DNA of 64,000 bases from positions 4,993 to 68,992 of the forward strand of contig JAUVXR010000001.1 of NCBI GenBank assembly GCA_030603495.1. Reading direction: 5' to 3'. Below the pieces are notes generated by a model, which was not told where the DNA came from, searched no databases, and saw nothing but the letters and a program-made list of their open reading frames with translations. This DNA comes from a bacterium (GTDB lineage: Bacteria > Armatimonadota > Zipacnadia > Zipacnadales > Zipacnadaceae). This document shows positions 43,975-53,190 of this stretch, piece by piece; position 1 is the first letter of the stretch; every line of letters begins with the position of its first letter. A program made the position numbers and the translations under genes.

Positions 43975-45900
43975 TTACTCGTCACCTCCCCGCGCCAGGC
44001 CCGGCACCTGTGCCAGGACGTGCCGCAGGCCCTCTCCTATAGCGCAAAGATCGTCTGCTCCATCCTCAAGCACGCAGTCCTCGATCGCCTGGATCGGTAT
44101 AAGCAGCAACGTAGCACGAGTTATATCTAGGTCATCCAAATCCTCACTGATAGGATAGGTCGATGCGCTCGGTCCTGTCAACCCTCCTAACGGTATGGCC
44201 TGGACCTCTAACTGTCCCCTCACACCGCATATGAGGTATATGTCCCCATCCTTCGCGTCCGAGCTAGCGTCCTCCACAACCCGTGCAGGAATATCGGACG
44301 ATAGCAAGTCACACCCATCGCGAGAATGTATCGACGGCCCGTTCTTTTCAAGCCGAACCGCCGCCCGTCTCCCCGTCGTACCTGAAATAGAAGCGGCTTG
44401 AAGGGGGAACCATGCATGTACCATTGTAAGTCCTGCAACAAGATGGCGAAGCCGATCTACATGGGTTGAATCCCAGGTGTCGGGTTGGGGCTTCAGATCA
44501 TCCGGCCAAAAAACGAAGGCTTCCTGCCCCAACATCTGCAGGCACTCGCCATTGATCCCCCAGCAGACTCGTCTCAGTTCTTCGTAGCTATTTCTCAGAC
44601 GCTGATAGAGCTGCTCCTGCACGGGACTCTGTTGAGACGGCTCCAGAAGATCCGTTCCGGTACTCGACCGCAGTTCGCATGGAAAGCCTCGCCAAGCCGC
44701 AAAGCGATATGCTTCGGGCACTGCCGCAGCGTCGCTAGTAAAGTCAACTCGGCCGTCAGACGGACGGATGCCTAGCCAAAGCCCCCCGGTAACAGGCTGA
44801 ATTCCGGCCGCGCCAAAGGGCCCCGGCGTCCGTGAGGGGAGCCGCGCTTTGACTAAGAATGCTGATGCCCGGCGAGGTCTGAAGTCATAGCGAACGATGC
44901 TCTCACCGCGTCTACAACAACACTCAGGCGGGTCCTTCGCGTATCTACGATGCCCGCCAACCAATATGCCGGTGCAACCGTACTCGTCACGTTCCTCGCA
45001 AATTGCTGCGGCGTTGACCCTCACGACACTTGCACCCGAAACGGCCGCGCCCACCGCTTGTGGCGAATCCACAAGTAGCCGATAGAAGCCTGCCGCCATG
45101 AGTTCATGGTCAGGCTTTTGGTTATGCTGAATGTGGATGATCGCATCAAGCGTCCTGGGTGGCTCATCCCCCTGGAAATGCTCCACGATGCCCTGCGCCA
45201 CTGAGCACCCGCCGTCAGCCCCAGGTGCGTCCACGTTGAGCATGTCCGAGCAGATGGTGAAAGCGAAGGACGCCTGGTCAATCACCAGAATGTGGACGGT
45301 TTCGCCAGCACAGAGCGATTCCCGTTCTTGAGCACTCGGGCTGATCTTTCTCTGGAAGACTACGCCTGGTTCGCCATGCCGATCCCGCCAAGCGATCAGC
45401 ATTGCGTTGACCCAGCTAGCGCTCGGGGATGCACGTGCCGCCATACGCCTGAGCTCTTCGTTCTGCCATTCTTGATCCGTCGCATAATCTTGCACAAATT
45501 GCTCATATTCTTCCCGGCTCAGGCGCTCGATACCTGATACGACAAGCATGCCCGGATCCGTCTGCGCCTCCGCGACTGCCTCCAACAGCCCTCTCACGCA
45601 TTCCTGCGGAGCCGCTAATTCGGGCAGGATTGCGGCATGAAGAGGCTGGAAATTCGCCGACACGCGTTCCTCCGGGTTAAGGACCAACTCGATGACTGAG
45701 TCGACGACTTGCTTCTGGTTGTCTCTCGAGTCACCCTCGATACGGCCCACTTCATCGCCGCTCTGAACAACAGCATAAAGAGGCTGTACAAGCAGGAAGT
45801 TAAGGTCTCCAGCAGGATTCCAGCCCAGATCTACTGTGTTAGTCCTCGGTTCCATGTCAAACCTCGCCCTGCGGACACGCGCGGTATGTCGCCTTGCCAC
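43975..45900 (-). CDS. CN-hydrolase (nitrilase-superfamily)-like protein, paralog of 36473-38191 (641 aa); tentative
   Basis: Shares HAAILPELAAPQECVRG with VFPELSVPARCLQD and TVHILVIDQASFAFTICSDML with TVVFLCNEHPPD of the 572-aa protein. It is co-oriented and contiguous with the SMC-like gene. Confidence 0.4.
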   Translation of the reverse strand: MARRHTARVRRARFDMEPRTNTVDLGWNPAGDLNFLLVQPLYAVVQSGDEVGRIEGDSRDNQKQVVDSVIELVLNPEERVSANFQPLHAAILPELAAPQECVRGLLEAVAEAQTDPGMLVVSGIERLSREEYEQFVQDYATDQEWQNEELRRMAARASPSASWVNAMLIAWRDRHGEPGVVFQRKISPSAQERESLCAGETVHILVIDQASFAFTICSDMLNVDAPGADGGCSVAQGIVEHFQGDEPPRTLDAIIHIQHNQKPDHELMAAGFYRLLVDSPQAVGAAVSGASVVRVNAAAICEERDEYGCTGILVGGHRRYAKDPPECCCRRGESIVRYDFRPRRASAFLVKARLPSRTPGPFGAAGIQPVTGGLWLGIRPSDGRVDFTSDAAAVPEAYRFAAWRGFPCELRSSTGTDLLEPSQQSPVQEQLYQRLRNSYEELRRVCWGINGECLQMLGQEAFVFWPDDLKPQPDTWDSTHVDRLRHLVAGLTMVHAWFPLQAASISGTTGRRAAVRLEKNGPSIHSRDGCDLLSSDIPARVVEDASSDAKDGDIYLICGVRGQLEVQAIPLGGLTGPSASTYPISEDLDDLDITRATLLLIPIQAIEDCVLEDGADDLCAIGEGLRHVLAQVPGLARGGDE

Positions 45901-46733
45901 CTTACCTGGCAGGCCCAGTCCAGAGCGCCTCCTCCGCCCCTGCCATACCGTCCATAGTCAGCCGTCGATCCGCCCTGCGTTCTCTTCTCCTCCTCTGTAC
46001 GCCCTTCTCATAACCCCCGTCGGTGACATCCACGTCCTGACACGCGCCGGTATTGCGTCCGTTAGCTCGCATACGTTCCTTGGAGTCTTCTCTCAGCCAC
46101 AACTTGGCCCTATTTCTCCTCTCTGTCAACCTTCGCGCCCGACTGCTGCAAAGCTTCCTTCACCTTCATCTTCAGCGTCTAGTTGCCAATATTGTTTTCC
46201 TCGACGCTTACACCAGCGCAGTCTCGGCCCCTCGCACCACAAAGACACACCTCTCGATGGACCTCTCACTCGGCACGCTGAACAGTCTGGAGACAGTATC
46301 GCGCACGGTGCCTTCTTTAGGTCGCTGAGTTGATATTGAGAATACCACGGATGGCGAACTTTGACAAGAATACGCGATTCTGCACACAGCAGGCCTTAGT
46401 ATGCGATGCGGAGACCCTAGCCCAAAACCAATCCCAGGGGCAGCGTCAGTATTTACAGTTCGCGGCCCAAAAAGCATGGTAAGGTAATCACCAGAAAGAA
46501 CTCAGGCAGGAAGGCGTAGCCAAGCAGCAGGAGACGCAGGTATTATCGTAGCAACGGCGAAAAGAAGACCGTGTATCGACACAGCGCACTTGACTATCGA
46601 CCACCAGCAGCAGTGGTGGCCTGGCCATGGCTGCAGGACCCCCGGCCCTCGTAGACGTCTACGGGACACAGCTCGCCCAGTGACAGCTAACTGAGGGGAT
46701 CCAACTACCATTGCTCCACGACCCTGCAGTTCT

Positions 46734-48614
46734 TCATTCGTCGCAGCATTCTGTCCCCTGGCTCAATATGCTCAGGACATACTGCAGGGCAAAAGGCGTC
46801 CGGTCCCTGAAATAGATAGCGAGTTGATCTTCATCCACTAGCCAAGACCCTATACTCATGCCCCACTTGGTGATAGTCTCGTTGGCGAAGGCAACGAAGG
46901 CAGCCCCAAGTCGAACAGATCCATGAAAATCCGAGCATTCGAGACACTGCTCTGGCTGATTACCTCCATACCAGCTCGAGGGTAATCTCTCACAGAATGG
47001 CATCCCCCATTCTCTCCGTCCCTTGCAGCTGGCGACTTGTTCAGGGGTTGGGTGTGTAATCTCTGGAAAGATAATAGGTACAATGGATAAGCAACCGCCC
47101 ACGTCTACGTATACCCTTATCTTACAAGCAGCCGACTCAGACACAAAGGAAGGCACCAAGACGTTCTTCGAAGAGAAGAACGTCGGGTTACTGACGGTCA
47201 ACAGCCGCCTGCCGAAGACTCTGGCTGTCGATGGTAACGCGAACAAGATGCCAGCAGATTGCAGCCACCCATAGCAAGCGTGAAGATCGAAGTTCTCGGT
47301 GTCCATTTGTATGACGGTTCTTCCAGGCTCAAACGGTGGGCACAGCGCAGCTAGGCTTAGCGCGATAGCCGCCTCTTCCTCTGCGTACTCATCTCTATGT
47401 AGTATTTTCCAGAAGACCCCCTGTCTAGCGTCAAGCAGTGTGGGCTCGTCTGCAGACAGCAAGAGGGCGCAGGGTGTAACCCGTGCACCTAGCTCTTGCA
47501 GGCGGCGTGCTGTCTCCACTATCCTGGTCCCGGTGCTCACTGTGTCATCAAAAAGCAACACTTTCTTCCCTTGGAACTCAGTGCCAGGTACGTGACCCAG
47601 CACGGGGAGTGGGATCAGAGCAGTTGCGGGCATGTCGTTCTGCTTCAGGACTTGGTGAAGTAGACGAGCGCCCTTCCTCGCAATAGCGACGACATAATCG
47701 CAGTTGTCCTTGACCGCCGCCTTGAGAAACTCGCCTACGCCTTCGAAGTACTGTTCGATATGAGCAGCAGTAAATGCCCCCGCTGGATCAAGGGCAATGT
47801 TGACCCCTTTCCTCAGTATCTCACCGGGTCGATATCTCCTCGTGTATGTCTGCTTGGTCACCCCTTCGCAGGCCTCAGTTGGTTTCGCGACCCCAACCGG
47901 AACGAGAAGCCCCGTTTCTAGCAGCGTGTCCAGAGCCTCACTGATCTGCTCGGGGGTGAGCCAACCCAGCCCTTCCTTTAATTCAGAGACAGAAAGCCCC
48001 GGCTTCTCGGTCGAGGTGACTGCACCAGTCAGATATCCCAGAATCGCCTGACAGTTGCCGAGATCAGGTTCCGAGAGGTGCACGTCGGATGGCGGGAGGA
48101 GCTTCTTATGGAATCCGGCCTCTACCATAAGAGAGACGATGCGATCCAAGTCTACGACTTCCACAGGAACCGGGTTCCTGGAGTTGTAGTCATGCACGCT
48201 CCGCTGCGCTTCGGCCGTCAGCTTCCCGTTGAAGACGAGTATGTACCTCTTAGGCCACTTCTCATCTACTTCGTGATGATGAACGAAGTGATCCATTGCG
48301 TCACTGAATTGGGGCTTAGCTTCGGTTCTCCATCGTGCTTCGGAAATGTCGCCCGTCTTGATTTGAACCAGCAGAACCTGAGTTGTGCCGAGCACATCAA
48401 GAGCTCCAGGCACTATGGCCACGATGTCCTTGCCGTGTTCCGACGAGCCGTGAATGATATCGCTGCGCAGCCGCTGGGCCTGAAGGAACCGGTTAACGAC
48501 GTCGCGCAGCTCCTCCTCACGCAGGGAGCGCAACAGGGCACCTAGCTCCTCAGCCCACCGAAAGTCGCTCTGCTCTGTCATCGGAATCCTCCTCCCGGAA
48601 CACCTCACGGGCAT
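46734..48614 (-). CDS. fusion protein: N-terminal restriction-endonuclease-like (Mrr/PD-(D/E)xK-like) domain, central region, C-terminal PRTase domain with Cys-rich tail (626 aa)
   Basis: The N-terminus has HGSSEHGKDIVAIVP ... VLLVQIKTGDI, a D ... Q-x-K arrangement like Mrr-type nucleases. The PRTase loop is GKKVLLFDDTVSTGTRI. The tail has CLECSDFHG and other Cys. The C-terminal half is paralogous to 35457-36476. Confidence 0.6.
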   Translation of the reverse strand: MPVRCSGRRIPMTEQSDFRWAEELGALLRSLREEELRDVVNRFLQAQRLRSDIIHGSSEHGKDIVAIVPGALDVLGTTQVLLVQIKTGDISEARWRTEAKPQFSDAMDHFVHHHEVDEKWPKRYILVFNGKLTAEAQRSVHDYNSRNPVPVEVVDLDRIVSLMVEAGFHKKLLPPSDVHLSEPDLGNCQAILGYLTGAVTSTEKPGLSVSELKEGLGWLTPEQISEALDTLLETGLLVPVGVAKPTEACEGVTKQTYTRRYRPGEILRKGVNIALDPAGAFTAAHIEQYFEGVGEFLKAAVKDNCDYVVAIARKGARLLHQVLKQNDMPATALIPLPVLGHVPGTEFQGKKVLLFDDTVSTGTRIVETARRLQELGARVTPCALLLSADEPTLLDARQGVFWKILHRDEYAEEEAAIALSLAALCPPFEPGRTVIQMDTENFDLHACYGWLQSAGILFALPSTARVFGRRLLTVSNPTFFSSKNVLVPSFVSESAACKIRVYVDVGGCLSIVPIIFPEITHPTPEQVASCKGRREWGMPFCERLPSSWYGGNQPEQCLECSDFHGSVRLGAAFVAFANETITKWGMSIGSWLVDEDQLAIYFRDRTPFALQYVLSILSQGTECCDE

Positions 48615-48928
48615 CTGCGCTCCGAGTATGCCATCGCTGCGCTATGAATGTCAAGATCAAGACCCGGACCCAGATACGTCCTTAACCCGCTGAAACGGCC
48701 TTCTGGCGCCATGGGCGGCCACTTCCGTTCGCGGCGCGCCGGGTGCATCCGCCTGTCGTGCAGTTGAGGAACCCTCTTCAGAACGCGTGAAGCTGCCAAC
48801 ACATGCGCACACTTTGCACAAACCTCGCAAATATTATCGCCACAACTCACTGCGTATCGGACGGGATCATGAGCCGCTCTCGTTGTCGATGCAAGCATTC
48901 TCACCGAGGCCCTTGTGGCGCCGGACAT
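48605..48928 (-). CDS. small Cys-rich hypothetical protein (107 aa)
   Basis: Has a CGDNICEVCAKCAH cluster. It overlaps the start of the 626-aa gene by 10 nt on the same strand. Weak support. Confidence 0.25.
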   Translation of the reverse strand: MSGATRASVRMLASTTRAAHDPVRYAVSCGDNICEVCAKCAHVLAASRVLKRVPQLHDRRMHPARRERKWPPMAPEGRFSGLRTYLGPGLDLDIHSAAMAYSERRCP

Positions 48929-49165
48929 TCCGGAGAGGGAACCCCAAAATCGACACTGTAACTATACCCCTGTAAATCTCCGTCGAAGGGAGGGCGTTTC
49001 CGAAGAACCGCCTACCTGCGGGGGCAGACAGCAGACACAATCCCACCCGGGCACACGCAAGACTACCCATCCCAAGCCGATGAAGGTCATAGTCACCCGG
49101 CGCCGGGTGCTAGGGTGCAGATCCGCTACGGAATCTGAGCTACCAGTTGTCTTGGGAGGGCTACT

Positions 49166-49750
49166 TCAGCCACTTGGAAGGTGATCCGCAGCGAGGTGCA
49201 TCACTTCGCCCTCTCCGGTACCGTGCAGCCCTGTTAGCCCTGTTGGCAGCTGACTATCGTGCGCTGTTCTCCGAAGCTCGTCAAGCGCAGCGAGCTGAGC
49301 CGCCTCGTTTGCGAGACCGACGATCTCTCCCAGCCGCCGCCCAGAGTAGAGCTGTTGCTCCCCAGGGGGAAGGGATATAACGTACTGCCGGATCTCCTCG
49401 GGTAGACGGAGCAGACTCATAACCTGCGTAACCCTGGCTCTGCTCAACTTGTACCTTCGCGCAATCGCCGCTCGATTGTTAACCACTTCGGCCTCCAAGA
49501 GTTCCTGAAACTCATAGGCAAGTAGCAGAGGATGCCTGTAAGCACTGCCTTGAGATTCCTCAATGTCGGGTTTTGCCCGTCGTTTCAGGCTTTCTGGGCA
49601 AAATGTAAACCGCTCGAAAAAGTTCCTGCAGTTGTCCGCCCCGGGGAGCCAAGAGAGGACAACAGGGGGGACTGTAGCCGCCTGTTCAGCGGTGTCCCCT
49701 TTGTTTTCCGATGGCCCAAGCTTACTCGCCGGCTGCCAACACAGGATCAA
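49166..49750 (-). CDS. putative DNA-binding protein with ParB/KorB-like helix-turn-helix
   Basis: The segment RAAIARRYKLSRARVTQVMSLLRLPEEIRQYV resembles the ParB/Spo0J HTH. Its start overlaps the integrase stop (ATGA at 49747-49750). The true start may be internal or a non-ATG codon. Confidence 0.45.
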   Translation of the reverse strand: MILCWQPASKLGPSENKGDTAEQAATVPPVVLSWLPGADNCRNFFERFTFCPESLKRRAKPDIEESQGSAYRHPLLLAYEFQELLEAEVVNNRAAIARRYKLSRARVTQVMSLLRLPEEIRQYVISLPPGEQQLYSGRRLGEIVGLANEAAQLAALDELRRTAHDSQLPTGLTGLHGTGEGEVMHLAADHLPSG

Positions 49751-50673
49751 ACTGCTCTTGAAGCTGCGCTCTCGGCAGATAGCGGATGCGCCGTGATTGC
49801 CTCACGCAGTTGCTGTGCGCCCACATGCAAGTAGATGGCCGTCGTATCCAGCCGGCTGTGGCCCAGCAGATGCTGGATGGAGACCAGATCAGCGTTACCA
49901 GTCTGCAGCAGAAGCGTCGCGAAAGAATGCCTCAACGTATGCATGCTCACGCCGGACCGGTTGATGCCACTCCGGTTGAGGGTGTTCTTCCAGATGATTT
50001 GCAGGCGGGTTGGGTAGATGCGGTTGCCGCGGTTCGTGGTAAACAGGTAATCATGTCTCTTCGTGCGGCGATACTCTAGCCAATCAGCAATCGCCTGGCT
50101 CAGCTCCTCGACCAGCGGAATGATGCGCGTCTTGTTCCCCTTCCCGCGCACAACACGCAGTGTCCGAGCGCTTAGATCAGCATCGCCCGTTTTCAAGCTG
50201 AGCAACTCGCCTCGCCGTAAGCCGGCGTAGATGAACGTGGCCAATATCGCATGGTCACGAAACGCGCAGTACTCAGTGCGCTGCTGCAGAGCCGCATCCA
50301 GTAGTTTCTGCAGGGATTCCTTGCTGAGATAGACGGGGAGGGTCTTCTCACGGCGCGGCATACTAATCTTTGCCATGACCCCTGGCGAGGCCAAGTCCCT
50401 CTCACACAGATACTTCCAGAAGCTCTTCAGCGAACAGACCCGGCGAGCTACACTGTTGCTGCACAGCCCGCGCTCGTACATCGCCACGATCCACGAGCGG
50501 ACCATTTCCACGGTGATCTCCGCAGGCTTATCTACCGCGTAGTTTTCTTGCAAATGTGTGAAGAATTGTGTCAGATCGGAGCGATAAGACGTGGCGGTAA
50601 GGCGGCTGCAGCCCCTCTCGGCCTGCAGGTAGAGCAGGAATTCCTGAGCGAGTGTGTCTATAATGCTTTGCAC
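49747..50673 (-). CDS. tyrosine recombinase (XerC/XerD-like integrase, 308 aa)
   Basis: SAM-like N-domain (LQAERGCSRLTATSYRSDLTQF). Catalytic region HTLRHSFATLLL ... LLGHSRLDTTAIYLHV. It ends about 170 nt from the 3' end of rnpB. Confidence 0.85.
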   Translation of the reverse strand: MQSIIDTLAQEFLLYLQAERGCSRLTATSYRSDLTQFFTHLQENYAVDKPAEITVEMVRSWIVAMYERGLCSNSVARRVCSLKSFWKYLCERDLASPGVMAKISMPRREKTLPVYLSKESLQKLLDAALQQRTEYCAFRDHAILATFIYAGLRRGELLSLKTGDADLSARTLRVVRGKGNKTRIIPLVEELSQAIADWLEYRRTKRHDYLFTTNRGNRIYPTRLQIIWKNTLNRSGINRSGVSMHTLRHSFATLLLQTGNADLVSIQHLLGHSRLDTTAIYLHVGAQQLREAITAHPLSAESAASRAV

Positions 50674-50839
50674 TTATGTGCACATCCTTTCTGTGCACCA
50701 GAAGCGCGAAGCCAACTAATCTGCGCTCAGGAGTTGCATTTTCCTGCCGGAATTCACTGCTTTGCCACAAGTGAGTACCATAAGAATGGTTATGTGCCGC
50801 TTTTCGCGCTCACTTGTGAACCTCCGGCCCCAATTTGTC

Positions 50840-51360
50840 CACAGAGAGTGAGTCTATAAGCCGAGTTCTGTGCCTGCCCCCGCTGGGGCAGGTGACGATC
50901 ATTTATCTGGGAGGGCTGTTGCCAGCCCCCTCTAGCGGCCTACCCGAGAGCTAAAAGCGGGCTACTTCTTCTCCAGACCCGGCCACCCCATCGGTCCTGG
51001 GGTCCAACAACGCACTTGGCATTGTTCGGCCCATAGTCATCCGGTGCCGTAGCACCTGGCCAACCTGGACCCAGCCCCAACCAATGAAGTGATAGGGTCT
51101 GGAGGCGCTCTCCTATTGGGCCTTGCTCCGGGCGGGGTTTGGCCAGCCGCCGGGTCACCCCGACGCTGGTGAGCTCTTACCTCACCATTTCACCCTTGCC
51201 TGTGCCCCCAAGGGGGCCATCGGCGGTGTAGTTTCTGTGCCACTTTCCGCGGGTCACCCCGCCTGGCCTTTCGCCAGCGCCCTGCCCTGTGGAGCTCGGA
51301 CTTTCCTCACCGGCTACAAGAGCCGGCGCGACCGCCCGACCCACTCTCCAATTATATTAT
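50840..51360 (-). ncRNA. rnpB: RNase P RNA, bacterial type A (rnpB)
   Basis: The reverse complement carries the universal blocks: GAGGAAAGUCCGAGCUCCACAGGGCAGGG, ACCGCCGAUGGCC, GGUAAGGGUGAAAUGGUGAGGUAAGAGCUCACC, CCGGAGCAAGGCCCAAUAGGAG, GGGUAGGCCGCUAGAG and the 3' ACAGAACUCGGCUUAUAGACUCACUCUC. The 3' end pairs with the 5' GGAGAGUGGGUC (P1). It is about 520 nt, with a roughly 150-nt expansion relative to E. coli M1 RNA. Ends are approximate to within 10 nt. Confidence 0.85.
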
Positions 51361-51513
51361 ACCCGATCCTCGTGCAGGGGTAAATATACTCCAGACGAAA
51401 ATACAAACCGACGCATTCACTCCCACCTACTGGCGAGTGCAAAAGAAGGAGGCGGCCATTGGAGGAATATCCACAAGTACTATCGAACTAACAAGCAATC
51501 TGCATTTTGACAC

Positions 51514-53190
51514 TTGGCTGAGGTGAGAGAAATGTCTGAGACGTACATACCTGAAGTTGACATGGTATCGTTGTATTTGGAAATCGCCAGAAACCTAGTC
51601 GAGCCGCTCGAAATAATCAGGGAGGCTATTAGCAACTCGCACGACGCTACGGCTGCCGAAATCTCAATTATAGTGGACCCGGACACAAACGGCGCTCACA
51701 CGATTGAGATTGTCGACGACGGAGAAGGAATGGATGAAGATGGGATTAAGCGCTTCTTCGATCTCGGCCGCTCTGAGAAGCTTCCTGACCGCATCGGAGA
51801 AAAGGGCCTCGGCACCAAGACCTACTTCCGAAGCCAGCGCATCGAGGTAGAGACTCAGCGTAATGATCAATCATCGAAGATGATATCCGCCCGCATGGAA
51901 GACCCTTGGCAAAAGCTCCAGAACGACGAAATGCCAACTGTTGACATTGATTTCCGTAACAGAGAGCCAGGCAAAGATGGCACCACAGTGCGCATCATTG
52001 GTTATTGTATCGACCAGCCTGAGCGCTTTTTCAACTTTAAAATTCTCGAGGACTACATCCGCTGGTTTACGGCTGCTGGAAGCTTCAAGACCAAGTTCGC
52101 AGATTATCCGTACCTGCACAAGCAAGTGAAAAACCTTGGTGTTGCACCAAGACTGTTTCTCACTGCCCCGACTAGAAATGGCAACAAAGAGGACCACGAG
52201 ATCCCTGGCACCCATTGGTTCGCGCCCCCCAATGAGACACCCAAAGTGCCCCAAGGAGATACTGATTTGACCCCGTCGGACTTGTATTGCAGACACTTCG
52301 GCCCCTTCGAAAAGAGTACGACCACCCAACGCAAACAAGTTTCTGTACAAGTCTACGGAACCGTCTCGGGGGAGCACTCTCGCCGCACGGCATCCCATCT
52401 CCGTCAAGGCCACACATTGAAGTCTCGGTTTGGGTGCTATCTATGCAAGGACTTCATTCCATTCACGAGGCGAAATCAGTTAGTGGCGTCGGATGAAGCC
52501 TACTTACACTTCCACATATTGGTGAACTCACAAGCATTCTCAATGACGAGTGACCGCAATAGTCTGGCGAACGAAGACGATGCCGCAGTTCAGTGGGCAC
52601 TGGAGGCAGCTAAGGAGATCATAGATGGCAATATCAAGCCCATTGCAGAGCGGACCTACTTTGCCATGCGGAAGCAAGAAGAAGAGGAGGAGAAGCTCCA
52701 AAGGCAACGGGACAAGCTGGCTGCACGTAGAGGCGAGTTTAGTGGATTACCTAATCTGCGACAACCCAGCGACCAATGGCCCGTTCTCAAGCGCCCAACT
52801 TGCGAAGCACAGGTCGCAGTACTTTTCGCGGCAGTGCTGGGAAACCAGGAGACCCGCGAACTCCTCCCCTGCAAGCTGAAGATAGGGACATACTCGCAGG
52901 ACTCCCCCACGGATATGATTTGCGTCGACGACAATGGTAAGCCGGTACTTGTGGAGTTGGAATACAAATTGAGCAATCTTTTCCAGCATGGCCATGCTCT
53001 TGACACGTTTGATTATGTTGTGTGTTGGGATCGGGACATCGAGGTGGGCGAGAGCCGCCCCGTCGCCGGCAAGAACCTTACCTTGGCCGAGAAGGACAAT
53101 CAATGGTTTCTGACATGGGGGGCGAAGATCCGTGTTCCAGTGATCGCTCTGCAGGAGATACTAGCACGCTACGCAGCTGAAGCCACGTAG
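51514..53190 (+). CDS. GHKL-superfamily ATPase (histidine-kinase/MutL/MORC-like ATP-binding domain) protein (558 aa)
   Basis: Bergerat-fold motifs are present: N-box EAISNSHDA, then IVDDGEGMDEDGIKRFFDLGRSEK (D-x-G-x-G), then GEKGLGTK (G-x-x-G-x-G). The C-terminal roughly 300 aa are unassigned. It is the first plus-strand gene right of rnpB. Confidence 0.65.
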   Translation: MAEVREMSETYIPEVDMVSLYLEIARNLVEPLEIIREAISNSHDATAAEISIIVDPDTNGAHTIEIVDDGEGMDEDGIKRFFDLGRSEKLPDRIGEKGLGTKTYFRSQRIEVETQRNDQSSKMISARMEDPWQKLQNDEMPTVDIDFRNREPGKDGTTVRIIGYCIDQPERFFNFKILEDYIRWFTAAGSFKTKFADYPYLHKQVKNLGVAPRLFLTAPTRNGNKEDHEIPGTHWFAPPNETPKVPQGDTDLTPSDLYCRHFGPFEKSTTTQRKQVSVQVYGTVSGEHSRRTASHLRQGHTLKSRFGCYLCKDFIPFTRRNQLVASDEAYLHFHILVNSQAFSMTSDRNSLANEDDAAVQWALEAAKEIIDGNIKPIAERTYFAMRKQEEEEEKLQRQRDKLAARRGEFSGLPNLRQPSDQWPVLKRPTCEAQVAVLFAAVLGNQETRELLPCKLKIGTYSQDSPTDMICVDDNGKPVLVELEYKLSNLFQHGHALDTFDYVVCWDRDIEVGESRPVAGKNLTLAEKDNQWFLTWGAKIRVPVIALQEILARYAAEAT

